Shown here: positions 29,686-40,000 of the stretch, in pieces
Layout: every line of letters starts with the position of its first letter
How positions within the stretch are numbered: the stretch's first letter is position 1
IMG/VR virus record: IMGVR_UViG_3300025150_000006
Coordinates: 41,231 to 105,230 of that record
DNA from: a virus
Strand: one strand, 5' to 3'
Length of the DNA stretch: 64,000 nucleotides
Translations under genes and position numbers: made by a program
The notes under the pieces: model-generated
The model's database searches: none
What the model saw: the letters and a program-made list of their open reading frames with translations, nothing else
What the model was told of the DNA's origin: nothing

Positions 29686-30924
29686 TCAGTCCTCAGTGAG
29701 GAACCCCAGGGAATCATCCACCGTGTCATCATCATCGGAGACCGAGACCAGAGACCCCTGACCACCAGACCGGATGGCTTGCATCACCTTCTCGGCCAGC
29801 TCCTCGTAGGCCCCAGGGACCGCCAGGACATCCGTCTTGAACGAGTCCGTACCCTGAGACTTGATGGTGCTGCCGTCGGTACGCTCGAAAGTCAGCCAGG
29901 AACCAGCCTTGTTCACGATGCCGTGAGCGGACCCGACGGCGATGAGGTCCCGCACGTTGTCGATGCCCTCACCGAACGTGATGTGGTACTCGGCCTCCCG
30001 CTGCTGGGAGTTGCTGACCTTGGACTTCTCGATTTTGGCCTTGATGACCGCACTGGTAGCCCGCTCGACCTGCTTGTGGGTCAGGGCATCGTAGTCCTTG
30101 GTCTTCAGGGATTTCACCCGTCGGAAGCTCATGCGGACGTTGCTGTAGAACTTCCACGCCTCGCCACCCTGGTGGGTGGAGTCAGGCCCGCCGTAGCCGG
30201 TTGTGTTGATCTTCTTGCGGAGCTGGCTGATCCCCATGACGTGGGACCCCGTGCTGCTGATCTCGCTTGCGAGCTGGGGGAGCACGTTGCTCCATTTCGC
30301 CGCCACAAGGCCCACACGACCCATGTCGCCCTTCTCCTCCAGGCTCTGGTCACGGATGGACTTGGGCACCCCGGCACCCACGGAGTCGAGGATGATGAGG
30401 TCCACGCCAGCCCGAGCACAGGCGAACAGCACCGAGAGCCCCGCCTCCAGAGTGTTAGGCTGGACGAGATAGAACTGATCGGGGTCATCCACAGGACAGC
30501 CGAGGTTCGCGGCGTAGTCAAGGGAGATAGCGTGCTCCCAGTCGATGAAACAGACCAAGCCACCGTTCGCACAGACCGCCGCCGCCGCTTCCAACGCCAC
30601 CGTGGTCTTGCCCGAGGACTCGTGACCGTAGATGTTGGAGATCATCCCCTTCGGCCACCCCGGGCAGGGCGGGACACCCTGCTTGTTGAGGGAGCCACCG
30701 ATGAGGTAGTCGAGCACGACGGAACCGCTGGTGATGTGGGGCCGGCTCTCGGAGAGCTGGTTGGAATCCACCGTCACCGTGGGGTCATCGTCCTTCAGGA
30801 CCTTCTTCACGACGCTTCGCACACTGGCAAGCATCGAGTTCGTCGGTCGTGCCGACTTCTTCTGGGTTCCCACCTTGGACTTCACCGCACTCTTCTTCAC
30901 GGTAGGGGCATTGTCATCAGCCAT
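29686..30924 (-). CDS. recA: RecA/UvsX recombinase
   Basis: TSGSVVLD, GHESSGKT, FIDWEH, ILDSV, SQLR, GGEAWKFY; start revised to MADDN. Confidence 0.93.
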   Translation of the reverse strand: MADDNAPTVKKSAVKSKVGTQKKSARPTNSMLASVRSVVKKVLKDDDPTVTVDSNQLSESRPHITSGSVVLDYLIGGSLNKQGVPPCPGWPKGMISNIYGHESSGKTTVALEAAAAVCANGGLVCFIDWEHAISLDYAANLGCPVDDPDQFYLVQPNTLEAGLSVLFACARAGVDLIILDSVGAGVPKSIRDQSLEEKGDMGRVGLVAAKWSNVLPQLASEISSTGSHVMGISQLRKKINTTGYGGPDSTHQGGEAWKFYSNVRMSFRRVKSLKTKDYDALTHKQVERATSAVIKAKIEKSKVSNSQQREAEYHITFGEGIDNVRDLIAVGSAHGIVNKAGSWLTFERTDGSTIKSQGTDSFKTDVLAVPGAYEELAEKVMQAIRSGGQGSLVSVSDDDDTVDDSLGFLTED

Positions 30925-31582
30925 CTTGTTCGTCCTCCGACCAGCGAAAGAACCTCTCATCCTCACGATAGAGGATGCCGGTCTTCTTGGTCTTGCCTGC
31001 GTGTTTGCCACGCAAAGGGGTGTGGATGCTCTTGAAGTGCTTTCTCTCAATGGGGGTCAGGTCTGCCTCCTCGACTACCCCATCCAGGAGTTGCCAGAAC
31101 CGAGCCGCAGAGCGAGCGACCCAGAAGGCATCCGCCTCGTTGTGATTCCAGACACCTTTCCCGCCCGAAGCATCGCGAGCCGCCTCGACCATGTCAGGCT
31201 TGTTCATGGTCCAGAGGTTCCCCCCGATCTTGGGTCGGGCTAGGAACTCACGGGCATGTGCCTTGATCTGCGGAGGTGAGAAGAACACCAGGTCCACCTT
31301 GCACTCCCGCAGGGCCTCGCAGGTATACAAGAACAGCCCGTACATCCCCTCTGACCAGAGGTCATTGAAGATCGGATACTCCTGACCAATTCTCGTGACC
31401 CCGAGCTTCTTCACGAGAGCCTTCACGTTGGCCCTCATCTCGATGTAGCGGTCCACGAACAACTGCTTCGATGAGGTCTGGAACCTGCCCCGTTCAGGGC
31501 AGATCGCGGCTCCATCGGCCTCAGTGTCATAGACCGCCCAACCGAAGTTGGTCAGGGACGGGTCAAGCCCAAGTACACGCAT
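30917..31582 (-). CDS. RuvC-like Holliday junction resolvase
   Basis: MRVLGLDPSLTNFGW, GQE, PPQIK, HNEADA. Confidence 0.85.
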   Translation of the reverse strand: MRVLGLDPSLTNFGWAVYDTEADGAAICPERGRFQTSSKQLFVDRYIEMRANVKALVKKLGVTRIGQEYPIFNDLWSEGMYGLFLYTCEALRECKVDLVFFSPPQIKAHAREFLARPKIGGNLWTMNKPDMVEAARDASGGKGVWNHNEADAFWVARSAARFWQLLDGVVEEADLTPIERKHFKSIHTPLRGKHAGKTKKTGILYREDERFFRWSEDEQDG

Positions 31583-31603
31583 ACTGATGGCCCTCGTCTG
31601 ACA

Positions 31604-31650
31604 GAAAAAGAACGCCCGCCGGTCGCGGGGGAGCACAACCGGCGGGCGTT
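31604..31650 (-). terminator. Rho-independent terminator after the SSB-like gene
   Basis: 13-bp perfect inverted repeat AACGCCCGCCGGT (31611-31623) / ACCGGCGGGCGTT (31638-31650), followed on the minus strand by CTTTTTC. Confidence 0.85.
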
Positions 31651-31671
31651 CCTCAGTCCAACCCGACCAGA

Positions 31672-32421
31672 TCAGTCTGCGTCGAGAAGGTCATCGAGAG
31701 CGTCGTCGATCTCCTCGGTGGCCACCGCGTCACGGATCGGCCCACCACCGGTCCCGGTCCCGATGCTCCCGCCGGCGGCGTTCCCGGAGGCGAGGAGCTT
31801 CTCGCGGATCTGGTCGAGGGTCATCACCCGGCCGACCTCATCGTTGATGCCCGGAAGCATCTGCTGACCCGCCGTGATGATCTGCTTGACCAGGGGGCTT
31901 TCCGGCCCCTTCTCCATCAGCTTGTGCAGGATGGACTCCTGGCAGGGCGAGAAGCTCATCTTCTGGAAGCCCTCGTCCGTGCACTTGATCTTGAGATCGT
32001 GGGTGCCCAGGTGCCACTCGGAGTGGATCGGCTTGATCTCCTCGTACTTCTCGGGGTCGAACACCCAGTACATCACCTCGAAGGTGCCGTTCTGAATGCC
32101 CTCCATGTCCAGCTTGCCGCTGGACAGCATCGGCCACTTCACGATCAGGGTGTTGATGCGGGTCTTGGCCGCCTCACCCGCGAGGGCGGTGTACTCCGGC
32201 CCCTGGTTGATGAAGTAGCCCACGCCCTTCATGTAGTGACGGGGGGCACCCGTGAACCCCGGGGTTGATGCCTTGAGATCGGGCTTGCCCTCGGCCAGAC
32301 CCGGCCACCAGAGGAACGAGATCCGAGCGATCTCGCCCTTGCTCATCTTGAGCCGCTTGTTCTTGCTCCCGACACCACCATCGTTGTTGCCGAAGCCGAA
32401 CTGCTGAAATCCACCACTCAT
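31672..32421 (-). CDS. Putative single-stranded DNA-binding protein
   Basis: Aromatic-rich core, Gly linker, acidic tail EEIDDALDDLLDAD, AGGAG RBS, own terminator, next to recA and ruvC. Confidence 0.6.
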   Translation of the reverse strand: MSGGFQQFGFGNNDGGVGSKNKRLKMSKGEIARISFLWWPGLAEGKPDLKASTPGFTGAPRHYMKGVGYFINQGPEYTALAGEAAKTRINTLIVKWPMLSSGKLDMEGIQNGTFEVMYWVFDPEKYEEIKPIHSEWHLGTHDLKIKCTDEGFQKMSFSPCQESILHKLMEKGPESPLVKQIITAGQQMLPGINDEVGRVMTLDQIREKLLASGNAAGGSIGTGTGGGPIRDAVATEEIDDALDDLLDAD

Positions 32422-32526
32422 GTGACTTCTCCTAAGCGAGCCGGGTTTTCCGTTGTCCTAAGTGCTTGGACGGTGACCCGCATTATGGTTGTTCTACTCT
32501 CTACCCAAGAGACCGGACCCCCCCCA

Positions 32527-33648
32527 TTACACCGAAAAGTTCGAGAGAATGGAGTCGATGTCCAGGTCCCCATCTGCTTCCTCAACCTCGCGGCGTGACA
32601 GAGGCTTTACAGGCTTCTCAGCCGCGACGACAAACTCCGAGAGGAACTGATCCACCTCGGACTTCTGTGATGTGGCGGGCAGTACCTCTGCCGCCGACGG
32701 TTCTACCTCGCCGGGTTCCGAAACCAACTGGGTCTCGGGAGGTGCCACGGAACCCACCCCACCGTGACCATTCCGACAAGTCATCCCGCTTGTGGTTCTC
32801 ATCTGGGGCTCACCGCACACCTCGCAGTGTGGCTCGAACCCGAACTCCTCAACCAGGTCTGCCGCTGGGATGATGGCGACCTTCTCAGGAACCACCGGAA
32901 GGGGTTCCTCGACATCCTCTTCCTCATGTTCCTCGACGACCGGAGCAACATCCTTTTCCTCGAAATCCTCCATGGAAGTTGCCAGGGCAGCAACTTCCTC
33001 ATCCTCCGTATCCGTGTCATCAATCTCAGCCGGAAGATGGGTCTCAGCATCCGAGATGGCCCGGACACTCTGGAGGAGGTCATCCACATCTTCCACGTCA
33101 GAACCATCGGCGAAACCCTGACCTGGTTCCAGCTCGGTGCCCCGAGGTGACTTGCTGCCCCAACGAGCACCAAGCGTCATCTCCTCCCCGCACAACCGGA
33201 TCTGATCCCGAAGACGACCCTGCACATCCCGCAAATCAGACCGCTTGGCCTTGATCACGGAAAGGACAGCGTCCAGGTCTGCGACTGCGTGTTTGGCATT
33301 GTGAAACGCCTTCACTTCCTCTTGGAGTTTCCCAAAAGCCAAGGCTTCCCGCTCGGAGACAGCTCGACCCGAACGTACCTCAGGGTCGTTCGCGAGCAAG
33401 TTCTTCTTCTCCAGATCCAGCATCAACTCCGCTTGGCGAAAAGCCCGGTTGTACTGAGCGAGCTGCTGCGAGACAGCCAAGTACAGACGCTCGCACCGTG
33501 TCGTCATCTTGCGGGCCAGAGAGATTTTGCCGTTCAGTCTCTTCGGCCCATAGACCAAGGGGTCATCATCGAGCTGGACCTCCAACGTGGCCAGCTCGGC
33601 AAAGATGTCGTCCGCGTACTGCGGGTCCAGAGGCTGCACGGTACTCAT
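32527..33648 (-). CDS. UvsY-like coiled-coil protein with acidic, Zn-ribbon-containing C-terminus
   Basis: N-terminal helical region (NLLANDPEV...IKAKRSDL) reminiscent of UvsY; CEVC...CRNGH. The function call is tentative. Confidence 0.5.
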   Translation of the reverse strand: MSTVQPLDPQYADDIFAELATLEVQLDDDPLVYGPKRLNGKISLARKMTTRCERLYLAVSQQLAQYNRAFRQAELMLDLEKKNLLANDPEVRSGRAVSEREALAFGKLQEEVKAFHNAKHAVADLDAVLSVIKAKRSDLRDVQGRLRDQIRLCGEEMTLGARWGSKSPRGTELEPGQGFADGSDVEDVDDLLQSVRAISDAETHLPAEIDDTDTEDEEVAALATSMEDFEEKDVAPVVEEHEEEDVEEPLPVVPEKVAIIPAADLVEEFGFEPHCEVCGEPQMRTTSGMTCRNGHGGVGSVAPPETQLVSEPGEVEPSAAEVLPATSQKSEVDQFLSEFVVAAEKPVKPLSRREVEEADGDLDIDSILSNFSV

Positions 33649-34085
33649 TCGTCACCATTGTCCACGGTCTTGGATGCCTTCCCAGCGACCGCTCCAGCGA
33701 TCAACTTACCGTAGTTGCGCTTGATCGCCTGGGTGGCCACCTGATGGTCCCGCTCACTGATGGCCCCACCACCGAGAGTGTGCCCGAGGGCCTGGATGTC
33801 CACCTGCATCCCGAGGATGAACCCCGCGATCTTCGCCTGCTTCAGGGTCATGTCTCGTTGCACGATGGCGTCATGCTGTTCCCCAGGAGCCATGGCGTCG
33901 ATGAGGTCCGCCCCCATCCCGCCGGCATCCTCTTGTGTCGTGTCCCAGGCACCCGAGAAGCCCACGAAGAAATCACCGTTCTTCGTCTTGACAGCTCGGG
34001 TCGCGACCACCTTACTGATACGGAGGCCGTCCTTGACCAGTGTGATCTCAGCCCTTTGCTCTTCAGTCAGATCGCTGATGTCCAT
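33645..34085 (-). CDS. Hypothetical protein (146 aa)
   Basis: GGAGG RBS; overlapping coupling. Confidence 0.75.
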   Translation of the reverse strand: MDISDLTEEQRAEITLVKDGLRISKVVATRAVKTKNGDFFVGFSGAWDTTQEDAGGMGADLIDAMAPGEQHDAIVQRDMTLKQAKIAGFILGMQVDIQALGHTLGGGAISERDHQVATQAIKRNYGKLIAGAVAGKASKTVDNGDE

Positions 34086-34150
34086 TTGTCCAGCCTCCAG
34101 TGGCGGTTGTGTCCTTGCGGCGCATCTCCTCTACTCGGTGGCCCCCGGAA

Positions 34151-36502
34151 CTAGCCCCCCTTCAACCGATCCAGCAACATCGTAGATCGGTCATCCTCTT
34201 TGGAGTTGTGCACGGACTTGACCAAAGCGTCGTGCTGGCCAACCAGCACGACCTGCTTCTTCGCCCGAGTGATGGCCGTGTAAATCAGGTTTCTCTGGAG
34301 CTGGTGATAGAAGCCCGTCACCAACGGCATCACGATGCGGTCGTACTCCAACCCCTGAGCCTTGTGGACCGTACAAGCGTAGGCGAGCACCAACAGCTTG
34401 GGGACGTCCTTGAAAGGCAGGGTGATCAGCAGAGGAGGTTCACCGAAGACCTTGATCTCCAGTTCCTTCTTCGCCCGGTCCACCTTGTTCACCTTGCCAA
34501 CGTCACCGTTGTAGATCCCGTAGTTGTAGTCGTTCTTGATGACCATGATGCGGTCACCCGTGCGGACGGTCTCCTTGCCGAACTTCATCTCATCCAACCC
34601 CGGTGCGGCCGGATTGATGAGATCCCGCAAACGCTGATTTAGGTTGGTCACACCAACCGTGCCCCGATGCTTTGGGGAGAGAATCTGGAAGTTCAACCGA
34701 CCCTCAAAGAACTTCTCCGCGATCTGCAGGATCGCGTCGAGGACCTCTTCCTCAGATTTCAACTGAATCAGGCGGAAGTCCTTGCTCGTCTCGGGCACCT
34801 CACCGTTCACCATCGAATGAGCGGCGAACACGATCCCGCTCGTGTCATCCTGCCGGAAGATCTGAGTCAGCTTGATGGCTGGGAACATCCCCGAGTGAAT
34901 GAGATCCCGCAACACGTTGCCGGGACCCACACTGGGGAGCTGGGCATAGTCACCCACGAACACCAACCGAGCATCGGGCTTTGTGCAGTCGAGCAATCGG
35001 AATAGAAGATGCTGATCCACCATCGAGGCCTCGTCGATGATGATCACGTCTGCCGGGTGGGGATTGTCCTGACTGTATCCCCAACCCTCACCGTTCACCC
35101 CGCCAATCACCGCTTTCTTGGATCCACCCTGTACACCCGCATAGGTGCGGTTCCGATGGTCATCATCAGTGATCCCTTTCGCCGAGAACGCCCGGTGAAT
35201 GGTGCTCGCCACAGCTCCGGTGCGGGCTGAAAGGTTCTTGGCCGCAATACCCGTCGGGGCACAGAGCAAGAACGGAACCTCAGCATCTTGCAGAATGCGA
35301 ACGGCAGCGCGAAGGCTGGTGGTCTTGCCCGTGCCTGGTAGACCTGCCAGGACTGACACCGGAGCCGTCAATGCGTTGAAGATCCCCTCTTTCTGAGGAT
35401 CCGACAAAATCAGGTGAGCCTGGCTTCCCCATTCGTCGATGGCGACTTCCACGACTCGTTCAAGCCGACCCTTCTTCCTGCCAGACTTGGCCTCAGCTTC
35501 GGTCCTCGGACCAACACACCCAAGGGCCTTGAGGTACTTGTCGGTGCGCTCCTCGCCGGGAGCCAGCCGTGCTGCGGTCTCACGCTGAACCAGCAGATCT
35601 GCGGACTCCTTCTCCATTGTGTACGACCAAGGCTCATAGACCGCCGTGACCCCAGGACGAGTCTTCTTGTCGATGACCAGGAGACCATCCTTGTGTAACC
35701 CAGCCAGCGCCTGTGCGACCACCTTCTTGTCGATGTTGGGAACCATCACGTTGACCGAATGGAACACCGACCCCGTCTGCAAGAACATATGGCCGAAGCC
35801 ACGACCGATCTTGCAAGCGTAGAGCACCGCTGCACGGGCCTGGGCTGTGGGGTTCACCAGACCGAGCTTCCGAGCAGCCTCGTCAGCGTGCCTGAACTCG
35901 ATGCCATCCACCTCAACCAGTCGCCAAGGGTCCTTCGAAAGGACCTGCTCAGCCTGGTCACCAAAGTGCTTCCAGATGTTGCTCACCAACCCCGAAGGCA
36001 ACCCCAGCTCGGAAATGAACTCCAGCCCCTTGAAATACGCCCGCACAGACTCCCAACGGGAAGCAACGTGCATCGCCGAGAACTTCGCCAGCCCTGGCAC
36101 CTCGGTGAGCTTCTCAGCATCTTCGAGGGCCGCCAGCAACTGGTCATCCTTGAAATGCTGCCGGATGGACAACATCACGCCAGCACCCACCCCATTGGCT
36201 ACCAGCATTCGAGCTGCGGTCTCTGGATCCCAGCCATCCTTCAGCACGGGAGCCCGACTGATGTCGAGCTGCTTGCCGTACATGGCGTGATGGCTCCACT
36301 TGGCCTCAAACCCGAACCACGCACCAACAGCAATCTGAATGCCAGGAATGGCTCCCTTGACCGTAACAGGCTCTGACAGCTTGTTCCTGATCAGGCTCGC
36401 TGCGTCCTTCTCCTCATCAAGAATCATCCGCACGATATAGAAAGCACTCTCCGGGTTCGCAAACACCACAGACTGCACTCGACCTGAGAAGTAGTTGCTC
36501 AC
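34151..36502 (-). CDS. RecD2-like SF1B helicase
   Basis: N-terminal OB/HhH-like region, GLPGTGKT, APTG, TIHR, IIDEASM, GDYAQLPSV, IFRQ, TVHKAQG, YTAITRAK. Confidence 0.93.
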   Translation of the reverse strand: MSNYFSGRVQSVVFANPESAFYIVRMILDEEKDAASLIRNKLSEPVTVKGAIPGIQIAVGAWFGFEAKWSHHAMYGKQLDISRAPVLKDGWDPETAARMLVANGVGAGVMLSIRQHFKDDQLLAALEDAEKLTEVPGLAKFSAMHVASRWESVRAYFKGLEFISELGLPSGLVSNIWKHFGDQAEQVLSKDPWRLVEVDGIEFRHADEAARKLGLVNPTAQARAAVLYACKIGRGFGHMFLQTGSVFHSVNVMVPNIDKKVVAQALAGLHKDGLLVIDKKTRPGVTAVYEPWSYTMEKESADLLVQRETAARLAPGEERTDKYLKALGCVGPRTEAEAKSGRKKGRLERVVEVAIDEWGSQAHLILSDPQKEGIFNALTAPVSVLAGLPGTGKTTSLRAAVRILQDAEVPFLLCAPTGIAAKNLSARTGAVASTIHRAFSAKGITDDDHRNRTYAGVQGGSKKAVIGGVNGEGWGYSQDNPHPADVIIIDEASMVDQHLLFRLLDCTKPDARLVFVGDYAQLPSVGPGNVLRDLIHSGMFPAIKLTQIFRQDDTSGIVFAAHSMVNGEVPETSKDFRLIQLKSEEEVLDAILQIAEKFFEGRLNFQILSPKHRGTVGVTNLNQRLRDLINPAAPGLDEMKFGKETVRTGDRIMVIKNDYNYGIYNGDVGKVNKVDRAKKELEIKVFGEPPLLITLPFKDVPKLLVLAYACTVHKAQGLEYDRIVMPLVTGFYHQLQRNLIYTAITRAKKQVVLVGQHDALVKSVHNSKEDDRSTMLLDRLKGG

Positions 36503-37029
36503 GGAGTGTTTTCCTTACGAAGACGCCCTAGCATCACTTCCAGTTCCTCGGCACTGACTCCCGAGGAGGCCAGTGCTGCCATCATTGCTTCCGGGTTCAT
36601 GCTGGCCAACGATTCCCTCATCTTCTCGACATCGAACACCGTTGCAGCACCGACCCGGCCAAAATGACCTATCATCCCCCCCAACGGAATGAGGACCCAG
36701 GTCGTGTCGAACAGTTCGATCCGCCAGGGATCGTTCCGCAGAACTCCTTCCTTCGAGAAGGACAGGAGTCGGTCAGGATAGAGGTCATGTCCCACAGGAC
36801 ATCCCACCCCAGCCGGGTAACGACAACTGCCTGCCCCGGGTTTCCCCAGATCGATTCCGTGCGGAGGGAGATGGTGCAGTGCAATCTGAACGCGCTGATC
36901 AACCACAGGTTCCATCAACGCATCCCAGGCCACATGCTCGCCATTTTCCTGCTCGATGTAGCGGGACCCTTCCTTCTCGTAGAACAGGCCCTCGATGAGG
37001 ATGGCATGGAACTGGCTCATAGGTAACAC
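36499..37029 (-). CDS. Hypothetical protein
   Basis: AGGAG RBS; overlaps the start of recD2. Confidence 0.7.
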   Translation of the reverse strand: MLPMSQFHAILIEGLFYEKEGSRYIEQENGEHVAWDALMEPVVDQRVQIALHHLPPHGIDLGKPGAGSCRYPAGVGCPVGHDLYPDRLLSFSKEGVLRNDPWRIELFDTTWVLIPLGGMIGHFGRVGAATVFDVEKMRESLASMNPEAMMAALASSGVSAEELEVMLGRLRKENTP

Positions 37030-37078
37030 CTCTCCTTCTGACAGGTATTACCCGTGAGCCGGCCCCAGTGAACCCCTC

Positions 37079-40000
37079 TCAGGCGGAGGCCAAGTCCTTG
37101 AACGCCCGGATCTCACAAGCATCGGTCGTGCAGAACTTGTCCTCGACCTCTCCCTTGGAGTCGCCGAGGTTCATCGGCGTGATGCGAGCTACCATCGCAT
37201 CGAACTCCTCCTCGGTGATCTGGATGTACGGGGCCTGGACGTACCCGTGGTCATCCCCGAGGGGAAGGAACGAGATGCTCTTGAGCCTATCCTCGAACAC
37301 TTCTAGCACCGTGGGGATCTCGGCCGCTTCTTCCGGCTTGAAGGTCACCGTGACGGAGACCTGGTTGTCCGCCCAGTAGCGTTGGAGGTCCGCCGCGAGA
37401 GCCACCTGCTCCCAGATACTCACATCCCGCTTGCCCTTCGTGCAGTTGTCCGTCTTCACCGGGAACGAGATGACATAGGTGGCATCCGCGTAGGCGTCCT
37501 TCTCCACCGGATGCCCCGCTGCTCTTGCTGCCTCCAGCAACGGGCTGTGCTCCTGCACACGGATGTTGCGGATGTAGAAGGGGCTGTGCGGCGGGTGGAT
37601 GCCCGGGGTCGCTCCACAGAGCAGACTCACCGTGCCCGAAGGCTTCACGCTCGTCGTCTTGATGCTCAGCGGGCAGCCCAACCACTCCGAGTAGACCGTG
37701 TCCAGCTCACCGATGTAGTTGTAACCCTGGTCGCACCAGTTGAGGAACTCGCGGCGACCGAACTTCTCGATGGCCTGCCGGATCCCCGACATCGAGGCCC
37801 CGATCCGCCGGTTGCGGTTCATCACCGCGTTCGTCCGGGGGTCGTGCGTCGGCATCAGGGTCACGGTCTTGGCATAGAGGTACGCGAACTTGAGGGTCCG
37901 CTGGAAATCCTCGTAGCTCTCGTGATGGGCCGGATAGGTCTCGACCAGACAGCACAGCTCGTAGCTCTCCAAGGTCTGCTCCGAGCATGGGTTCGCCCCC
38001 ATCGCCCGCTTGTCCTTGTTGTTGGCGGGATCCACCATCCGGCCGAACTTGCGAGCGTTGTCGAGCCACAGCAGACCAGGCTCACCGTTCTTCGCGATGG
38101 ACCGACCCACCTCAGTGTAGTCCATCCCGACCTTGGCGAAGATGCTGTTGTTGCTCGCCCAACGGTGTGACCGCAACGGGTGCTGGTCGATCTGCCCCAG
38201 CAAGGCCGTGATCTCCTGGAGGAGTGCCATAGCCTCCTCCTGAGACAGATCTGATGGATCCCTTGCCTGTAGGCCTGCCAACTGAGCGGTCAGGGCACGC
38301 AGCCCCGTATCATCCTTGAGGGTACGGAACTCCAAGTCGTCAGCGTGGCCGAACATGATCTCGGCTGACCGGCGGACTCCGCCAGCCACGACACAGGCCC
38401 CGACCATGTTGAAGATGTCGGTGATGCAACCACTGGTGATCTTGTAGGCCAGTCCCTCACCCTGCACCATGGTGTGCAGCTTGAGGAGCTTGCCTTTGCG
38501 GCTCAACTCCTCCTCGAACTGCACCTCGACACCCTCGGGCATCAGAGTCCGCAGGATGTTCTTGACCAGCTTCGCCAGAGGACCTGGACCTGAGGCGGTG
38601 CCACCGAAACCACGAATACGGCGTCCCTTGGACCGCACCTTCGAGAAGTCGATGGTCGTGGGGAACGCACCTTTGCCCGCAAAGGAGTTGATGACCGTCT
38701 TGGCCAGACCCACCCACCCCTCTCGGTCATCAGAGACGACATGCGGAGTGGAGATCAGCTTGGGCATCTGCACCTTGAGCTTGCCCGCTCCTCGGGTGTC
38801 TCCCCCGACGCCGACGCCCAACATGCTCATGTCCATCAGGAACGTGAACGGACCAGCGAAGTCCTCGTCGATATGCTCTGAGCTGACGAAGGCGCAGTTG
38901 GACGTGAGCACAAACCCGTCAATGACGAACTGCTCATAGTCAGGCACCACCGCGCAAAGCACCCGTTGGTCCCCGGCATCTTCGATGTGAAGGACCTTGG
39001 CATACTTTCGCTTGGGCTCCTGACCCCGGTTCATCCACCGTCCCTGATGATCTTCCCTGAGGAAGAATCCTTCCCAGAGGTCATGTGTGTGTGGGGTCAT
39101 CGTCCACAATTCACGTTCGTCCGAGTAGTTGGACGAGGTGGAACTCAGCCGAATCTCGCCCACCCGCACCCCAACTGCTTGGAACAGGCGTCGCACCTCT
39201 TCCAGCTCCGACCGTCGAGCCGAGGAGAGGGAACAGGACCCATTCTCCAACACGCAACCATCCGCTGCGAAGTATCCTGCCAGGAACCCGTAGATGTACG
39301 AGATGTCATCCAACGATGATGGAATCTGAGACCAGACACGAGGACAGTTGCGGACCACCCATTCATCGTTCCGACGATGAGTGACCTGCACAGCCATCGA
39401 CCCGAACAAGTCGCACAGCACAGGCACCGAGGGACCAAACTGATGAAGTTCACCATTGGAACGGGTGCCATCCCCGAAGAACATACCGTGCTGCGCCCCA
39501 AACCGACTCACGGGTGCCACCTTAGCCGGCAGTACCACAGGTAACTGGTCCCCCTTCCGAAGATCCAGGGTCGTGACACGCGCCCACTCCTGCTTAGTGG
39601 ACGCCCTACGGAACCAACGGTGGTTCTCGCTTGTCGTGATCTCGGTCATGAACCCCGAGTTGTCTTGAAGAACCAGACGCTTGCAAGGCTGAACTTCAAG
39701 GTGTGACACCGACGCATTGACCCAGGTTGCGCTGCTAGCCGTCGAACTGTGATCCCGTCCATAGAGCTTGATGGACGACAGAAGGGTCACGTCGGTTCTC
39801 TCTGCCAGAGAACCAAGAGGCACCCACCCATGCTCCCGGGTGAGGACGGGAGTGTCCTCATGCAAAGGATTGTTCAGGCAGGCTCCGCCCTTCTTCCACA
39901 CGAAGTCCGTACCCATCTGGGCAAGACCTCGACCCGGCGGGGTGAACTTGAAATCCCACATCCGCTGGAACATCTCCTGGGCGGACTTCTGAGCCTTGGG

